The translations under genes were made by a program, and so were the position numbers. This document shows positions 1 through 10,800 of a DNA stretch of 64,000 nt, piece by piece (positions within the stretch are counted from its first letter, which is position 1; each line of letters opens with the position of its first letter). Source of the DNA: an uncultured archaeon (GTDB lineage: Archaea; Thermoplasmatota; Penumbrarchaeia; JASLWR01); the NCBI GenBank assembly GCA_964342815.1, contig CAYFHS010000010.1, forward strand, positions 58,379 through 122,378, written 5' to 3'. The notes under the pieces are model-generated. The model did no database searches. It was not told the origin of the DNA and saw only the letters and a list, made by a program, of their open reading frames with translations.

Positions 1-3000
1 GACCCTGCGGGTATGGATGGAATGATTTCGGGGGCGGGATCTGGGTCGGGATTTGTTTTTTCTCCTTTCTTTTCTTACTTGCGGCAAGCAGGATAACGGC
101 AATCACCGATATCAATATGAGAGATCCGATGATGATCAACAGCCACCAGTATTTTGCCAGCAGGCCATCTTCAGCGGCGTTATTGGACTTCTTTTCATTG
201 AGTTCATTCTCATAGGCATCCATTTTTTCCTGGCTAGCATCATTAGGATCGTTGGGATCAAGGCCATTCTCTATCTCCCACCAATCGGGCAGCAAATCCC
301 CGTCGCTGTCAATGGTATCGTCCCAAACGTTCCCATCATCGTCATCTTCATCCACGGGTCTCGGCACGATCTCTATGCCCAGTTTAACACTCTCATTGAA
401 ACCCAGACCGTCATCCACGTAAAGGTAAACTAAAAATCTGCCTGGCTGGTCCAACACCGCCTGACAGCCGAGACCATGTCCCTTGAACACAGTTTTCTTG
501 CTGGTCTTCCCCTTTATGATCCAGAAATAGCTTAGTTCATCCCCTTCATTATCTTCGCTCCCGGAGGCGTTCAGCTGTATGATGGAACCTTCCTTAAATG
601 TCTCTCCGTCATAAGGTTTCATGATTGACGGAACCGGTGGCGAGTTGATCCATATGCGGTAGGTGTCAGAGATTGAATAGCCGTTCCCCACGGCATCCTT
701 CGCGCGCCACCGGATATAATTATCCTTTCCGGGCTCGAACTGTATTTCCAATGAAACGTCGATGGACTCCTTCACCATGTGGTTACTGATGGCGGTCCAG
801 TTTTGAAAATATTTTTTATCCTCTCCGTACTTGGATACGGCATACTCTATTGTCTTCCCGTCAACACCGCTGCCTCCGGCATCTGAGACGGTTATGCCGC
901 AGATCAGCATGTCTTCAAGAAATATTTCCTCGGTCTCCGGGACCGGCATGGAGAAGGTCACCGGGCTCTTGTCAACCTTAACGGACCATTTCTCGCTCAG
1001 AGCCGGACCATTGCCGGCCAGATCGCTTATTCTCCACCTTATTGTATTATCGCTGCCCTCCGACAGGGGGATGTTCACGTAAGCCCGAACTTTCACAGGA
1101 TTATTCTCGGTACTCTTCTCCAGTATCTCGAATTCCATTCCGTCATTGGTCCAGGATGAGAACGAGTTTCCCCCGGATATCCTGTATGAATATTTGATGC
1201 TCTCCAGATCCAGACCAAAACTATCGATATCAGTAAAGACGGCCTCTGCCAGCGCATTGCCGGAGTTGTACCAAACAGTATTGTCGGGCCCCATTTCGGA
1301 GATCAGAGGGATAGAGGTATCGATATTGAACCGGAAATGGCTGGTATTACCCCACTGATCGTATATATCGGAGGCACAGATATGGAAAAACCAAGTGCCG
1401 TCGGTGAGACCGGAAAATTCCCCTGCAAATGTCCCGGTAATTTCGCTGTTCGGGGTATAGAGAACCTTTGTGGGTTCCGTAAGGGGTGAGGGATCCACCA
1501 AGTAAGAGTATCCTTTGATGCCCCCCACCTCGCGGGGAGGGTCCCATGAAAAGACCGGAAGCGTGCTGTTATAATACATCTCGGGCGTGGGATGTGTTGT
1601 GGAGCTTACATTGATCTCATCCGGACCCAGCAGGTCAAGATAAATTGTGTCGTTGAATATTTCCGAAACGATGCTCGCATTGTCCCGAAACCTGACTCCT
1701 ATAGTTTTCAAGCCGTCCGATGGTACGAGTGAAATCCTCTTTTCTGTCTTGAACTCTTCCCAAGGGCCATCCTTTCCCCTGTCGTTGATGATCTGCATGT
1801 CGGCAATACCGCTGCCGTTATCAGAGGCATTGATGCGGATATCTACCAACTGCTCGTTCACAGTAAGGGCACCTTCCTCGATAGTTATGTTTCTCACCGG
1901 TTTGGTCACATCGATCATGATCTTTTTTAAGGCTGAAAAATTGCTGGACGCATGATATATATCCCTTGTCCGCACCCGCCAGAAATACGTTCCATCTTCC
2001 AGGTCATCCTCAACAACATGTTTTGGGGTAGTGGAGTTTTTCCACGAGCTGTTGAAGACCATGTCAGTTCCCTCATCGTCGCTGTACATTTCAACGAAAT
2101 ACTCCGATTGATGGTCGCCGGGATCTGGATCGGTGAAGTTCCATTCAAGGGTGGGGGTGCTGCTACCCTGCCACTCGTGGGAATTCGGGGCGAATGGTTC
2201 CGGGTCGTCCACAAGGTCTATCTCTATCACCACCTTGTCTATGTAAGGCGTCACCTCTTCATCCTTGGTGGTGAGAGTGGCATTCCACATCAACTGGGAA
2301 CCGATGTGCGTAAACACATGGTTGGTATGATTGGCTACAGTATCCCAGTGCTCCCCGTCAGCTGTAATATTGTAGATTATGTCCGTCCCTGGTGGTTTGT
2401 GTTCATACCAGGTCAACCGAACGGCTCCAACAGCCTTCAGAGTGTCATGCAGAACTTTGGATTGCACGTGAGACCGGTTGTTCATAATTCCTGTGGCTCC
2501 GAAGCGTATGTCGTCGATACCCACCACGTCGCCGCCGTTGTTAGGTATGTTCCAGACCACCGATCGTATGGAATTGACCCCGCCGTCAGTAACTCCCATG
2601 AATACCATGTTGTTCCTCTGATAGTTATTGTTTGGCGCTGTGGCCGTTGCGATGAGATTTCCATTTCCCTGCACACCGGAGTAGCCTTTAAGTCTCATAC
2701 CTCCTCCTTGAAACTTGTCAACCACCATGAACCCGACTCCCGACTGGGCGTTGCCAAAGGTCATGGTAAATTGAGAATTCGGCCCTATGTTTGTCAGCAT
2801 TCCCGATGCTTGATGCGGTCCCTCGCCCTGAATGGCCCCACCCTGGTTTCCTTGGCCCGGCCCTGCGCTATTCTGGACGTTACCGCTGGTGGAGGTCATA
2901 GAACTTATACCTATCCCTGCATAGAAGTTTGCCTGCAATGCGCCGTTTGGATGGTTGTTGAAATTGGCCTGGGTATTGATGAACATACTTCCCATAGCGG

Positions 3001-3343
3001 TATTGAAGTTTGCAAGACTGACATGACCGGTTGGGGAGCCTCCAGCGCCTCCTGCTCCGGATAGAAGTATTCTGCCCTGGAACGTGTCCATCCCAGCGGT
3101 GGAATTGCTGAAATCTATAAAATCTACATTCTTGAAATCATCTATGAAGACCTTGCCGTACCTTGTTTTTGACGTATCGGATTCACTGGGAAAAACATTG
3201 GAAAGACCGGCAAAACACTCTACACTGCTTTGATCCCATCTGTATGAAACACGGAGAATGGATGTGAACGAGAGAAAAGAAACTAGGGAAAGGATCAGCA
3301 CAATTCGCAGAGTACTTGTTTTATCGTTCATCTCATGAGACAT
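1..3343 (-). CDS. Surface adhesin-like paralog P1 (3' end lies outside the window; at least 1114 aa): signal peptide, carrier domain with inserted beta-sandwich tip, FN3/Ig-like stalk, TM helix
   Basis: Not in the ORF track because the frame is open to the window edge. Manual translation from ATG 3343 gives MSHEMNDKTSTLRIVLILSLVSFLSF...TRYGKVFIDDFKN...IGAV-like VGAVRLTWYEHKPPGTDIIYNITADGEHW...WNFTDPDPGDHQSEY...DSDGDLLPDWWE...LLAKYWWLLIIIGSLILISVIAVILLAASKKRKEKK. It is colinear with P2-P5, and the frame is the same at both ends. Confidence 0.92.
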   Translation of the reverse strand, partial: MSHEMNDKTSTLRIVLILSLVSFLSFTSILRVSYRWDQSSVECFAGLSNVFPSESDTSKTRYGKVFIDDFKNVDFIDFSNSTAGMDTFQGRILLSGAGGAGGSPTGHVSLANFNTAMGSMFINTQANFNNHPNGALQANFYAGIGISSMTSTSGNVQNSAGPGQGNQGGAIQGEGPHQASGMLTNIGPNSQFTMTFGNAQSGVGFMVVDKFQGGGMRLKGYSGVQGNGNLIATATAPNNNYQRNNMVFMGVTDGGVNSIRSVVWNIPNNGGDVVGIDDIRFGATGIMNNRSHVQSKVLHDTLKAVGAVRLTWYEHKPPGTDIIYNITADGEHWDTVANHTNHVFTHIGSQLMWNATLTTKDEEVTPYIDKVVIEIDLVDDPEPFAPNSHEWQGSSTPTLEWNFTDPDPGDHQSEYFVEMYSDDEGTDMVFNSSWKNSTTPKHVVEDDLEDGTYFWRVRTRDIYHASSNFSALKKIMIDVTKPVRNITIEEGALTVNEQLVDIRINASDNGSGIADMQIINDRGKDGPWEEFKTEKRISLVPSDGLKTIGVRFRDNASIVSEIFNDTIYLDLLGPDEINVSSTTHPTPEMYYNSTLPVFSWDPPREVGGIKGYSYLVDPSPLTEPTKVLYTPNSEITGTFAGEFSGLTDGTWFFHICASDIYDQWGNTSHFRFNIDTSIPLISEMGPDNTVWYNSGNALAEAVFTDIDSFGLDLESIKYSYRISGGNSFSSWTNDGMEFEILEKSTENNPVKVRAYVNIPLSEGSDNTIRWRISDLAGNGPALSEKWSVKVDKSPVTFSMPVPETEEIFLEDMLICGITVSDAGGSGVDGKTIEYAVSKYGEDKKYFQNWTAISNHMVKESIDVSLEIQFEPGKDNYIRWRAKDAVGNGYSISDTYRIWINSPPVPSIMKPYDGETFKEGSIIQLNASGSEDNEGDELSYFWIIKGKTSKKTVFKGHGLGCQAVLDQPGRFLVYLYVDDGLGFNESVKLGIEIVPRPVDEDDDDGNVWDDTIDSDGDLLPDWWEIENGLDPNDPNDASQEKMDAYENELNEKKSNNAAEDGLLAKYWWLLIIIGSLILISVIAVILLAASKKRKEKKQIPTQIPPPKSFHPYPQG

Positions 3344-3394
3344 GTGAACCAATACCATAATACATGATATACGAAATATTTCATATTTTCGCAA

Positions 3395-6300
3395 TTATTC
3401 TGCAAGGTATCCCTGTGCGCTACAGTTAGTACATGTTATTGTTGTGGGCCGCTCGGTTGTCTCGACCTGGTTCATGGAACCGCAGGCATGGCATTGAACG
3501 CCGGGCAGTTCGGTTTTTTCCTCTACGGGAGACTCAGCAGGCATTTCGGATTCTGTAGTTCCCTCTGTCGGCAGGGAGGAAAATATATCCTCAAGGGGGC
3601 CAGGAACGCTTTCCTCCGTTTCCGGTGCCGGTGATATGGGTCCGTCCACGGCGGGCTGGTCCTGTGTGTTATCCATTCCGGCTTCATTTACCAAGCCGCT
3701 TTCGGCATCGACCTGATCAATTGGGGCCGCTTCCACGCCGGTAGCAGGAGGAAGCGCCTTAAGATCGAGGTTCGGAGTGCCCAGTCCGGAGGTAGACACC
3801 GGAAGAGAATATTCAGGGGAATTTTCAGATGTTTCCTCCTGTTGAGCTCCCATTTCCGGTGCGATCAATGAAAGGTCCAGGGGAGGTAGTGTCAGGTCCA
3901 TGAGCGGCTGTAGTTCCATGGGACTTTCCGTGCTCATGGGGAGTGCGGGTCGATGAGGATCCGGGACGGTACCTGCCGTAGGTGGAAGCTGTACCTGTGG
4001 ATAATTATTAACAGGCGCCCCTCCCGTCCCTCCTCCCCAACCACCACCGGTTCCATAGGACGGAGAATATCCGGGTTGAGATTGCAGCGAAGCGTACATC
4101 TCGGAATACTGCGGATAGTGAAAGTCCCTGGAACCCATTGGGTACGGATCAGGAGAGTAACGCTGCTGAGGGGTATATTCCACATTATCCACCTCTTCTT
4201 CATTTTTCCCCTTTTTCACAGTTATTACGATTATCCCAATTATCATCAGCACTACGAGAACGCCTACAATGAGCAGGATCCACCAGTAACTCGACAGAAA
4301 ATCGTCTTCCACAGCTGTCGCACCCTGATGTTTTGCAAGTTCACTGCGATAGAGATCTTTCTGTGGATCGGTGGCGTCGTTGGGGTTACCCAGGTTCAGG
4401 CCCTTGAGTTCCTCCCACCAGTCCGGGAGCCCGTCGCCGTCGCTGTCCGTTTTATCCTCCCACCGCTTCGTCACTTCGTTTCCTGTGGGTTGGGGGATAA
4501 CCTCGATTGTCAGCTTTATGCTCTCGTTGAAGCCGAGGCCGTCATTCACATACAGGTAAACCAGATATTTGCCAGTTTTGTCAAGTGTGGTATTGGCATC
4601 TGGCCCCCAGGCTTTGAAAACGATCTTTTTGCTGGTCTTCCCCTTTAACTCCCAGTAGTAGCTGAGCTCGTCCCCCTCGTTATCCTCCGTCCCTATAGCG
4701 CTGAGGGTGACTGTGGCGCCATCTTCGAATTTCTGATCGTCGTAAGGTAAGGCAATTACCGGGGAGGGAGCCGAATTGACCCAGATACGGACAACTTCGG
4801 ACACGGCGTATCCGTTCCCAACAGCATCTTTCGCACGCCACATGATATAATTGTCCCGCCCTGGTTCGAACCCAATGTCCATCAGAACTACGAGGATCTC
4901 ATTTACCATGTTGTTGTTCGCATTTGTCCAGTTGACAAAATATTTCGAGTCGTTACCAAATGCAGAGATAGAATATTCCACAGTCTTTCCATCCACACCG
5001 CTTCCGCCTGCATCGCTGATTGTCAGGCCGACGGAAACCATGGTATCTATGGATACAATATCATTGGCAGGAAGCGGATCTGAGAAGGTCACCGGGGTGA
5101 GGTCCACCTTGATGGTAAGCCTATCGCTCTCAACGGGGCCGTTTCCGGATATATCGTTTACGCGCCATAATACAGCGTTCCGGTCACCCTCCGCGAGACC
5201 CAGCTGAACCCATGCCCTGACCTTCACGGGATTATCATCGATACCTTCCTCCAATATCTCGAATTCCATTTCGTCGGACGTCCATCCCGAGAATGTTCCC
5301 TCGCCGCTCTTCCGGTACGAATATTCTATGGTATTGGTGTCCAGACCGAAACCTTCAGCATCGGCAAAGGTGGCCTCCACAAGGATGTCGGTGCGCCTGA
5401 ACCATTCACCGTCCGTCGGAACAAATCCGGAGATAACAGGGGCGATGCTGTCTATGTTGAACCGGAAATGAGTGGTGTTGCCCCATTGGTCGTAAATGTC
5501 ACAGGGAGTTATATGAAAATACCACGTCCCCTCGCTGAGCCCGGCAAACTCGCCGGGATAGGTTCCCGTAAGATCGTTGTTCTGGTTGTAAAGCACTTTA
5601 GGTGGTTCTGTGACAGGCGTGCTGTCCACGGTATACGTATATCCCTTTATACCGGTCACTTCGTACGGCGGTTCCCAGGAGAAGACCGGGAGGGTGCTGT
5701 TATAATACACCATGGGATCCGGATGAGTTGGAGAGGTCACTTCGATATCGAAAGGTCCCTTGAGATCGAAATAGATAGTATCGTTATAATCCTCCGAGAC
5801 GATCCCCGCGTTATCCCGAAACCGAATAATTATCTTCTTCAACCCGTCGAGAGGGGTGAGGGCGAAACGTTTCTCTGTGGCGAATTCCTCCCAGGGACCT
5901 TCGTTCCCCCGATCACCTATGATCTGCATATCCGCAACGCCCGAAGCGTTGTCGAAGGCATGGATGGCCAGGTCGACCAGTTTATCGTTTACCGAGGAAA
6001 TGCCTTCATGTATGGTTATATTGCCCACGGGGCGGGTCACATCGATCTTGAAACTTTTTTTGTAGGAGTAATTGCTGGCGACATTATAGTTGTCCTTTGT
6101 TCGCGCCCTCCAGAAGTATACGCCATCCACCAATGAATCCGATATGGTATGTTCCGTAAAGGAGGAATTCACCCATGAGGAATTGTATATTTGATTGCTC
6201 AACTGTTCATCGTTGTAAATCTCCACCAAGTATTCTGATTGGTAATCGCCCTTATCCGGATCAGTGAAGTTCCACTCCAGTTTCGGGGTCTGGGTTCCCT

Positions 6301-7567
6301 GCCATATATGAGATTGGGGCAGGTGGGGCTGAGGATTGCTGAATAGGTCATACTCGATAATGATCTTGTCTATGTACGGGCTGATATTCTTGTCATCGGT
6401 CTTTATTGTAGCATTCCATCTCAATGCCGATCCGCGGTGCTCTAGAATGTATGACGTTTCGTTCTCAACGGTTATCCAGTTCTTCCCGTCAACACTTAAC
6501 TTGTATATGATTTCCGTACCCTGGGGAAGATGCTCGAACCAGGTGGCTTTCACAGCTCCTATGGTCTTGGCCTCATCATACAGTATTTTCGATTGTATAT
6601 AGGTTATATTCGTGGGAGGCTCGATATCGTTACCGAGGTAGGCGTTGCCGTCTGATATTTTGTAACGGTGTGGGTTGTTGTTGTTGGCAGAAATACAATA
6701 TTCCTCCCCATTGAAAGCCATGTTGTAGATGCTTTCCTGAACGTTGAACTGTCCCACCAAAGCGCCATTGGCCGGGTTGATGATGCCAACATTCTGAATA
6801 TTATTGTTATAGCCCCCCACATATAATAAACCATTAGCAAAGGCAAGACCCCCGTACACCCTGGGATTGCCGTTTATATTGAAATTTCTGACATGCTGCC
6901 CGTTATCCTTTCGGAGAACCCTCACTTGGTTCTGGTTATAAACCATTGCATAAACGTAATTGTCATCGCAGCAAACGCCTCCGGTGGTGCTTCCCATGTG
7001 ATACGACCATATCTGGTTGTTGCCGCGGTCGGACCATTTATAAACTCTGTCATTTCCCCAATTTGCAGTATAGTATGTCCCATCCTTATCTCCCCAGAGC
7101 TGCATAATATTTCCGGTTCCGCTGTTGAAGGAGCCCAGATAGTTGTTATTAATGTCGTACCGGTAGATCGTGCTCCCGGCCCACTGGGGATACCAGTACT
7201 CATTGTATTTAGGACTGAATCCGCCACCGTGTGATCGTGTGTTCTGGTTCATCCTGCCTTTATAGGTAGGCGGGATTATGGGGCTGCTACCCCACAGCAT
7301 AACCCGACCGTCCATTGTGCGAATTGAAGCTGTAGTATTGGAGCTGTCGATATACGTCAGATTGTTGAAATCCTCAACAATTCGATTGCCGTAACGAGTT
7401 TTTGACTCGGAGATTTCAGGAAGCTCTGGTCGCAAAACCCCGGATTTCTTTGTCTCTTCCACAGATGATGTGGAGTGAAATACAATGGAGATCATCAGAA
7501 TGCAGATACCGAAAGATATTAGTTTTGAAAAACCCATTTTTTTCTCAATCAAGAAATTTATTGGCAT
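3395..7567 (-). CDS. Surface adhesin-like paralog P2 (1390 aa): propeller-like tip, conserved stalk, TM, Pro-rich tail, C-terminal Zn ribbon
   Basis: Long ORF with GGTGG SD upstream of ATG and an N-terminal hydrophobic signal. Contains DSDGDGLPDWWE, a TM segment YWWILLIVGVLVVLMIIGIIVITVKK and C-terminal CHAC..RP..CTNC. Confidence 0.93.
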   Translation of the reverse strand: MPINFLIEKKMGFSKLISFGICILMISIVFHSTSSVEETKKSGVLRPELPEISESKTRYGNRIVEDFNNLTYIDSSNTTASIRTMDGRVMLWGSSPIIPPTYKGRMNQNTRSHGGGFSPKYNEYWYPQWAGSTIYRYDINNNYLGSFNSGTGNIMQLWGDKDGTYYTANWGNDRVYKWSDRGNNQIWSYHMGSTTGGVCCDDNYVYAMVYNQNQVRVLRKDNGQHVRNFNINGNPRVYGGLAFANGLLYVGGYNNNIQNVGIINPANGALVGQFNVQESIYNMAFNGEEYCISANNNNPHRYKISDGNAYLGNDIEPPTNITYIQSKILYDEAKTIGAVKATWFEHLPQGTEIIYKLSVDGKNWITVENETSYILEHRGSALRWNATIKTDDKNISPYIDKIIIEYDLFSNPQPHLPQSHIWQGTQTPKLEWNFTDPDKGDYQSEYLVEIYNDEQLSNQIYNSSWVNSSFTEHTISDSLVDGVYFWRARTKDNYNVASNYSYKKSFKIDVTRPVGNITIHEGISSVNDKLVDLAIHAFDNASGVADMQIIGDRGNEGPWEEFATEKRFALTPLDGLKKIIIRFRDNAGIVSEDYNDTIYFDLKGPFDIEVTSPTHPDPMVYYNSTLPVFSWEPPYEVTGIKGYTYTVDSTPVTEPPKVLYNQNNDLTGTYPGEFAGLSEGTWYFHITPCDIYDQWGNTTHFRFNIDSIAPVISGFVPTDGEWFRRTDILVEATFADAEGFGLDTNTIEYSYRKSGEGTFSGWTSDEMEFEILEEGIDDNPVKVRAWVQLGLAEGDRNAVLWRVNDISGNGPVESDRLTIKVDLTPVTFSDPLPANDIVSIDTMVSVGLTISDAGGSGVDGKTVEYSISAFGNDSKYFVNWTNANNNMVNEILVVLMDIGFEPGRDNYIMWRAKDAVGNGYAVSEVVRIWVNSAPSPVIALPYDDQKFEDGATVTLSAIGTEDNEGDELSYYWELKGKTSKKIVFKAWGPDANTTLDKTGKYLVYLYVNDGLGFNESIKLTIEVIPQPTGNEVTKRWEDKTDSDGDGLPDWWEELKGLNLGNPNDATDPQKDLYRSELAKHQGATAVEDDFLSSYWWILLIVGVLVVLMIIGIIVITVKKGKNEEEVDNVEYTPQQRYSPDPYPMGSRDFHYPQYSEMYASLQSQPGYSPSYGTGGGWGGGTGGAPVNNYPQVQLPPTAGTVPDPHRPALPMSTESPMELQPLMDLTLPPLDLSLIAPEMGAQQEETSENSPEYSLPVSTSGLGTPNLDLKALPPATGVEAAPIDQVDAESGLVNEAGMDNTQDQPAVDGPISPAPETEESVPGPLEDIFSSLPTEGTTESEMPAESPVEEKTELPGVQCHACGSMNQVETTERPTTITCTNCSAQGYLAE

Positions 7568-7583
7568 ATGCTACCACCTTGTT

Positions 7584-7708
7584 ATACACGTATAAATTAT
7601 CGTAAAAATAAAGATTACGATATAGCTTATTAAGCGGGAAATCGAATCCCAATTAAGAAATACTCTATCTTTTTTCCTACATTTAAATTTTTATATTCCT
7701 ACTTCGAA
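7584..7708 (-). promoter_or_regulatory. Putative promoter elements upstream of P2, conserved upstream of P4
   Basis: ATACACGTATAAATTAT (7584-7600) matches 16488-16504 at 15 of 17 positions. Block 7666-7708 aligns with 16541-16582. Both contain AT-rich TATA-like cores on the minus strand. Confidence 0.5.
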
Positions 7709-7847
7709 TTTTTTAGATTTCTAAAATTCACTATTATTTACACGACATCAAAGCAAATAAATCAAGAACCTCATGTCAGCGACAAAACATTCTTGGGGCT
7801 GTCCCTAAATAGAATCGATCCTTATGTCAAGAGACAAAAAGGGTAAT

Positions 7848-10800
7848 TTAAACGGCGAATCCCTGCACGCCACAGGAAGAACAGATCACAACCGCCGGTC
7901 GTACGTTCGTGGTCACCTGATTCACGGCCCCGCAGGCGTGACAGGGGATGCTCTGGGGCGATGGAGTTGGCGGAATCTCCGGTGCTGGGGGAGACTGGGT
8001 GGGAAGGGGCGGTTCAGCAGGGGGCAGGGGTAGCTCACCGCTTTGACGTTGACCGAATATATCATTCAGCAGGTCGTCCGCGCTTTTTGCGGTGGAAATC
8101 AACGGTTGCGGTGAACGGGGAACCACTTGCGGTACAGCTGGAGATGAAGACGGAACCGATGGCGGAATTTCCGGCACGGGAGCCACCGGTTGTGGATCCG
8201 CCATGGTACCAGGAAGAGCATCGAACGACAGCGGTTCCTGCGCAGGCATGGCCGTACTCGGATCGAAGGCACCAACAGTACCGGTCTCATCCTCCGGGGC
8301 CGGAGGCAGGGCCATGCGATTGAGATTCATAGTACCACGCTCGGTTGAGAATTCAGGCAGGGAATAATTGGGTATGCCAGGTGAGAGGGGTGCCGCTCCG
8401 ATTTGTGCCACCCGGGGTGCTGGCAGGGCCGGGGGATTGTAAGTTGAACCAGTGGGTGATAATTGGTTGGCAGCTAAAGGTAATTGTTGCCCTCCTCCTG
8501 CATATGGGGCTTGGTAAGATGGCATCTGTCCACTGGTAGTTGGAGCATAACCCCCACCGGATTGCGGAAAGTTCCCCTGGCCATATCCGGTCGCACCCCC
8601 ATACGGGGTCCCGGAAACCGCTTGGGCCTGGTATCCAGTGGCCGTATTCGAATGCGGTGGTTGGTAGTATGCCCCAACGCTAGGCGGATACGAACCTTGT
8701 GAGGCCCGCAGCCTGGGCAGCTCACCCTTCTGCTCTCTTTCCTTTTTCCTTTTCTTTCTCACAGCTATGATGATTATCATGATGATCAATATTATCACAA
8801 CGGCCGCGCCGATCACAAGTAGCCACCAGTAATCCGATAGCAAACTTTTCTCGGGGCCGCTCTTCACTTGATGTTCTCTGAGTTCCGCATCGTATTTTTC
8901 TTTCGATTCCGTTGTGGCGTCGTTTGGGTTGTCGGGGTCCAAGCCGTTCAACTTCTCCCACCAGTCGGGAAGTTCGTCGCCATCGCTGTCAGTTGTATCG
9001 TCCCACCTCTCCTCCACTTCGCTTTCGGTGGGTTTCGGGGTCACTTCGATAGTCAGTTTCACACTCTCGTTGAAACCGTAACCGTCATTCACATAAAGAT
9101 AGAGTAGATATTTACCCACCTGAGCCAGTGTCGTCTGGGTGCCGATACCGTAACCCTTAAAATGAATTTTTTTAGTGGTCTTCCCCTTTATCTCCCAGTA
9201 ATAGTTCAGTTCGTCCCCCTCGTTATCCTCTGTTCCCGTGGCATTCAAGTGAATGATGCTGCCTTCCTCGAATGTCTCTCCATCATACGGCCGATCTATA
9301 ACGGGGACGGGGGCCGAGTTCACCCATACCCGGAAAGCCTCGGATTCGGCGAAACCATTCCCTACTGCATCCTTCGCCCGCCATTTTACATAATTATCGC
9401 GGCCCGGTTCGAACTGGATGTCCATGAGCAAGTCCATGGTTTCCTTCACCAGGTTGTAATTGATATTGGTCCAGTTTATAAAATATTTCTCGTCATCACC
9501 ATATTTGGATGTGGAATACTCGATGGTCTTTCCATCAACACCGCTGCCTCCGGAATCGTCGATGTTAATACCAATGGACACGGAGGTTTCGCTGGAAACC
9601 TCGTCGAAGGCGGGAAGTGGATCGGAAAAGGTCACCGGGCTGAGGTCCACCTTGATCTGCAGTTTTTCACTTAACGTCGGGCCGTTTCCGGACATGTCGG
9701 TAATACGCCACATGACGGCATTTTCAGCTCCCTCGTTCAACTCAATACTGGCCCAAGCTCGGACCTTCAATGGATTTTTCTCTGTACTTCTCTCCAATAC
9801 CTCGAATTCTATCCCGTCGTCCGTCCACGCTGTAAAAGAGTTCTCACCGCTCTTTCTGTAAGTGTAGGCCAAACTTTCCTCATCCAGACCGAAACCCTCA
9901 GGGTCCAGAAATGTAACTTGGGATAATATCTCCGTAGTTCCATGCCAATCCCCACTTGACGTGACAATCTGAGAAACAACAGGGGGGACACTGTCGATGT
10001 TGAATTGGAAATGGGTAGTATTCCCCCATTGATCGTAAACATCACAGGGCGTAATGTGGAAATACCAGATTCCCTCGCTCAGCCCCGCGAACTCGCCCGG
10101 GCTTGTTTCTACAAGATCGCTGTTTTGCGAATAGAGGACCTTGGTCGGTTCACTGAGAGGCGTACTGTCCACTGTATATGAATATCCCTTTATTCCCGTT
10201 ACTTCGTACGGAGGGTCCCATGAAAAGACGGGTAGTGTGCTGTTATAATACATCTGATCGTCCGGGTGTGTGGAAGAGCTGACCTCAATATCAAAGGGTC
10301 CCGTGAGATCGAAATAAACAGTATCGTTGAACTCATCTGAAACGATGCCTGCGTGGTCCCTGAATCTTACTCTTATCTTTTTGATACCATCCTTGGGTGT
10401 CAGGGAGACTCTCTTCCCGCTCTTGAACTCTTCCCAGGGCCCGACATTCCCCCGGTCGCCTGTGATCTGCATGTCGGCGATTCCGCTGCCGTTGTCGGAG
10501 GCTTTAATGGCAATATCAACCAGCTGCTCGTTCACAGAAAGAGCTCCGTCCTCAATGGTGATATTACCTATCGGTTTCGTAACGTCGATCAATATTTTCT
10601 TGAGAATGGAGAAGTTACTGGGTGCATGATAGATATCCTTTGTCCTAACCCGCCAGTAATACGTCCCGTCCTCCAACTCCTTAACGAGAACATGCTTCGG
10701 CTCCGTAGAATTCAGCCAAGTAGTGTTATAGACCATTGTGTTCATTTCTAGCTCCGAATAGATCTCCAAGAGATAATCTGACTGGTGATCGCCTTTATCG

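Noticed and set aside
1952-3064. 370 aa plus-strand ORF and the many other short ORFs antisense to P1-P5
   Set aside because: These are shadows of the long minus-strand coding frames, with no recognisable motifs or SD sites.
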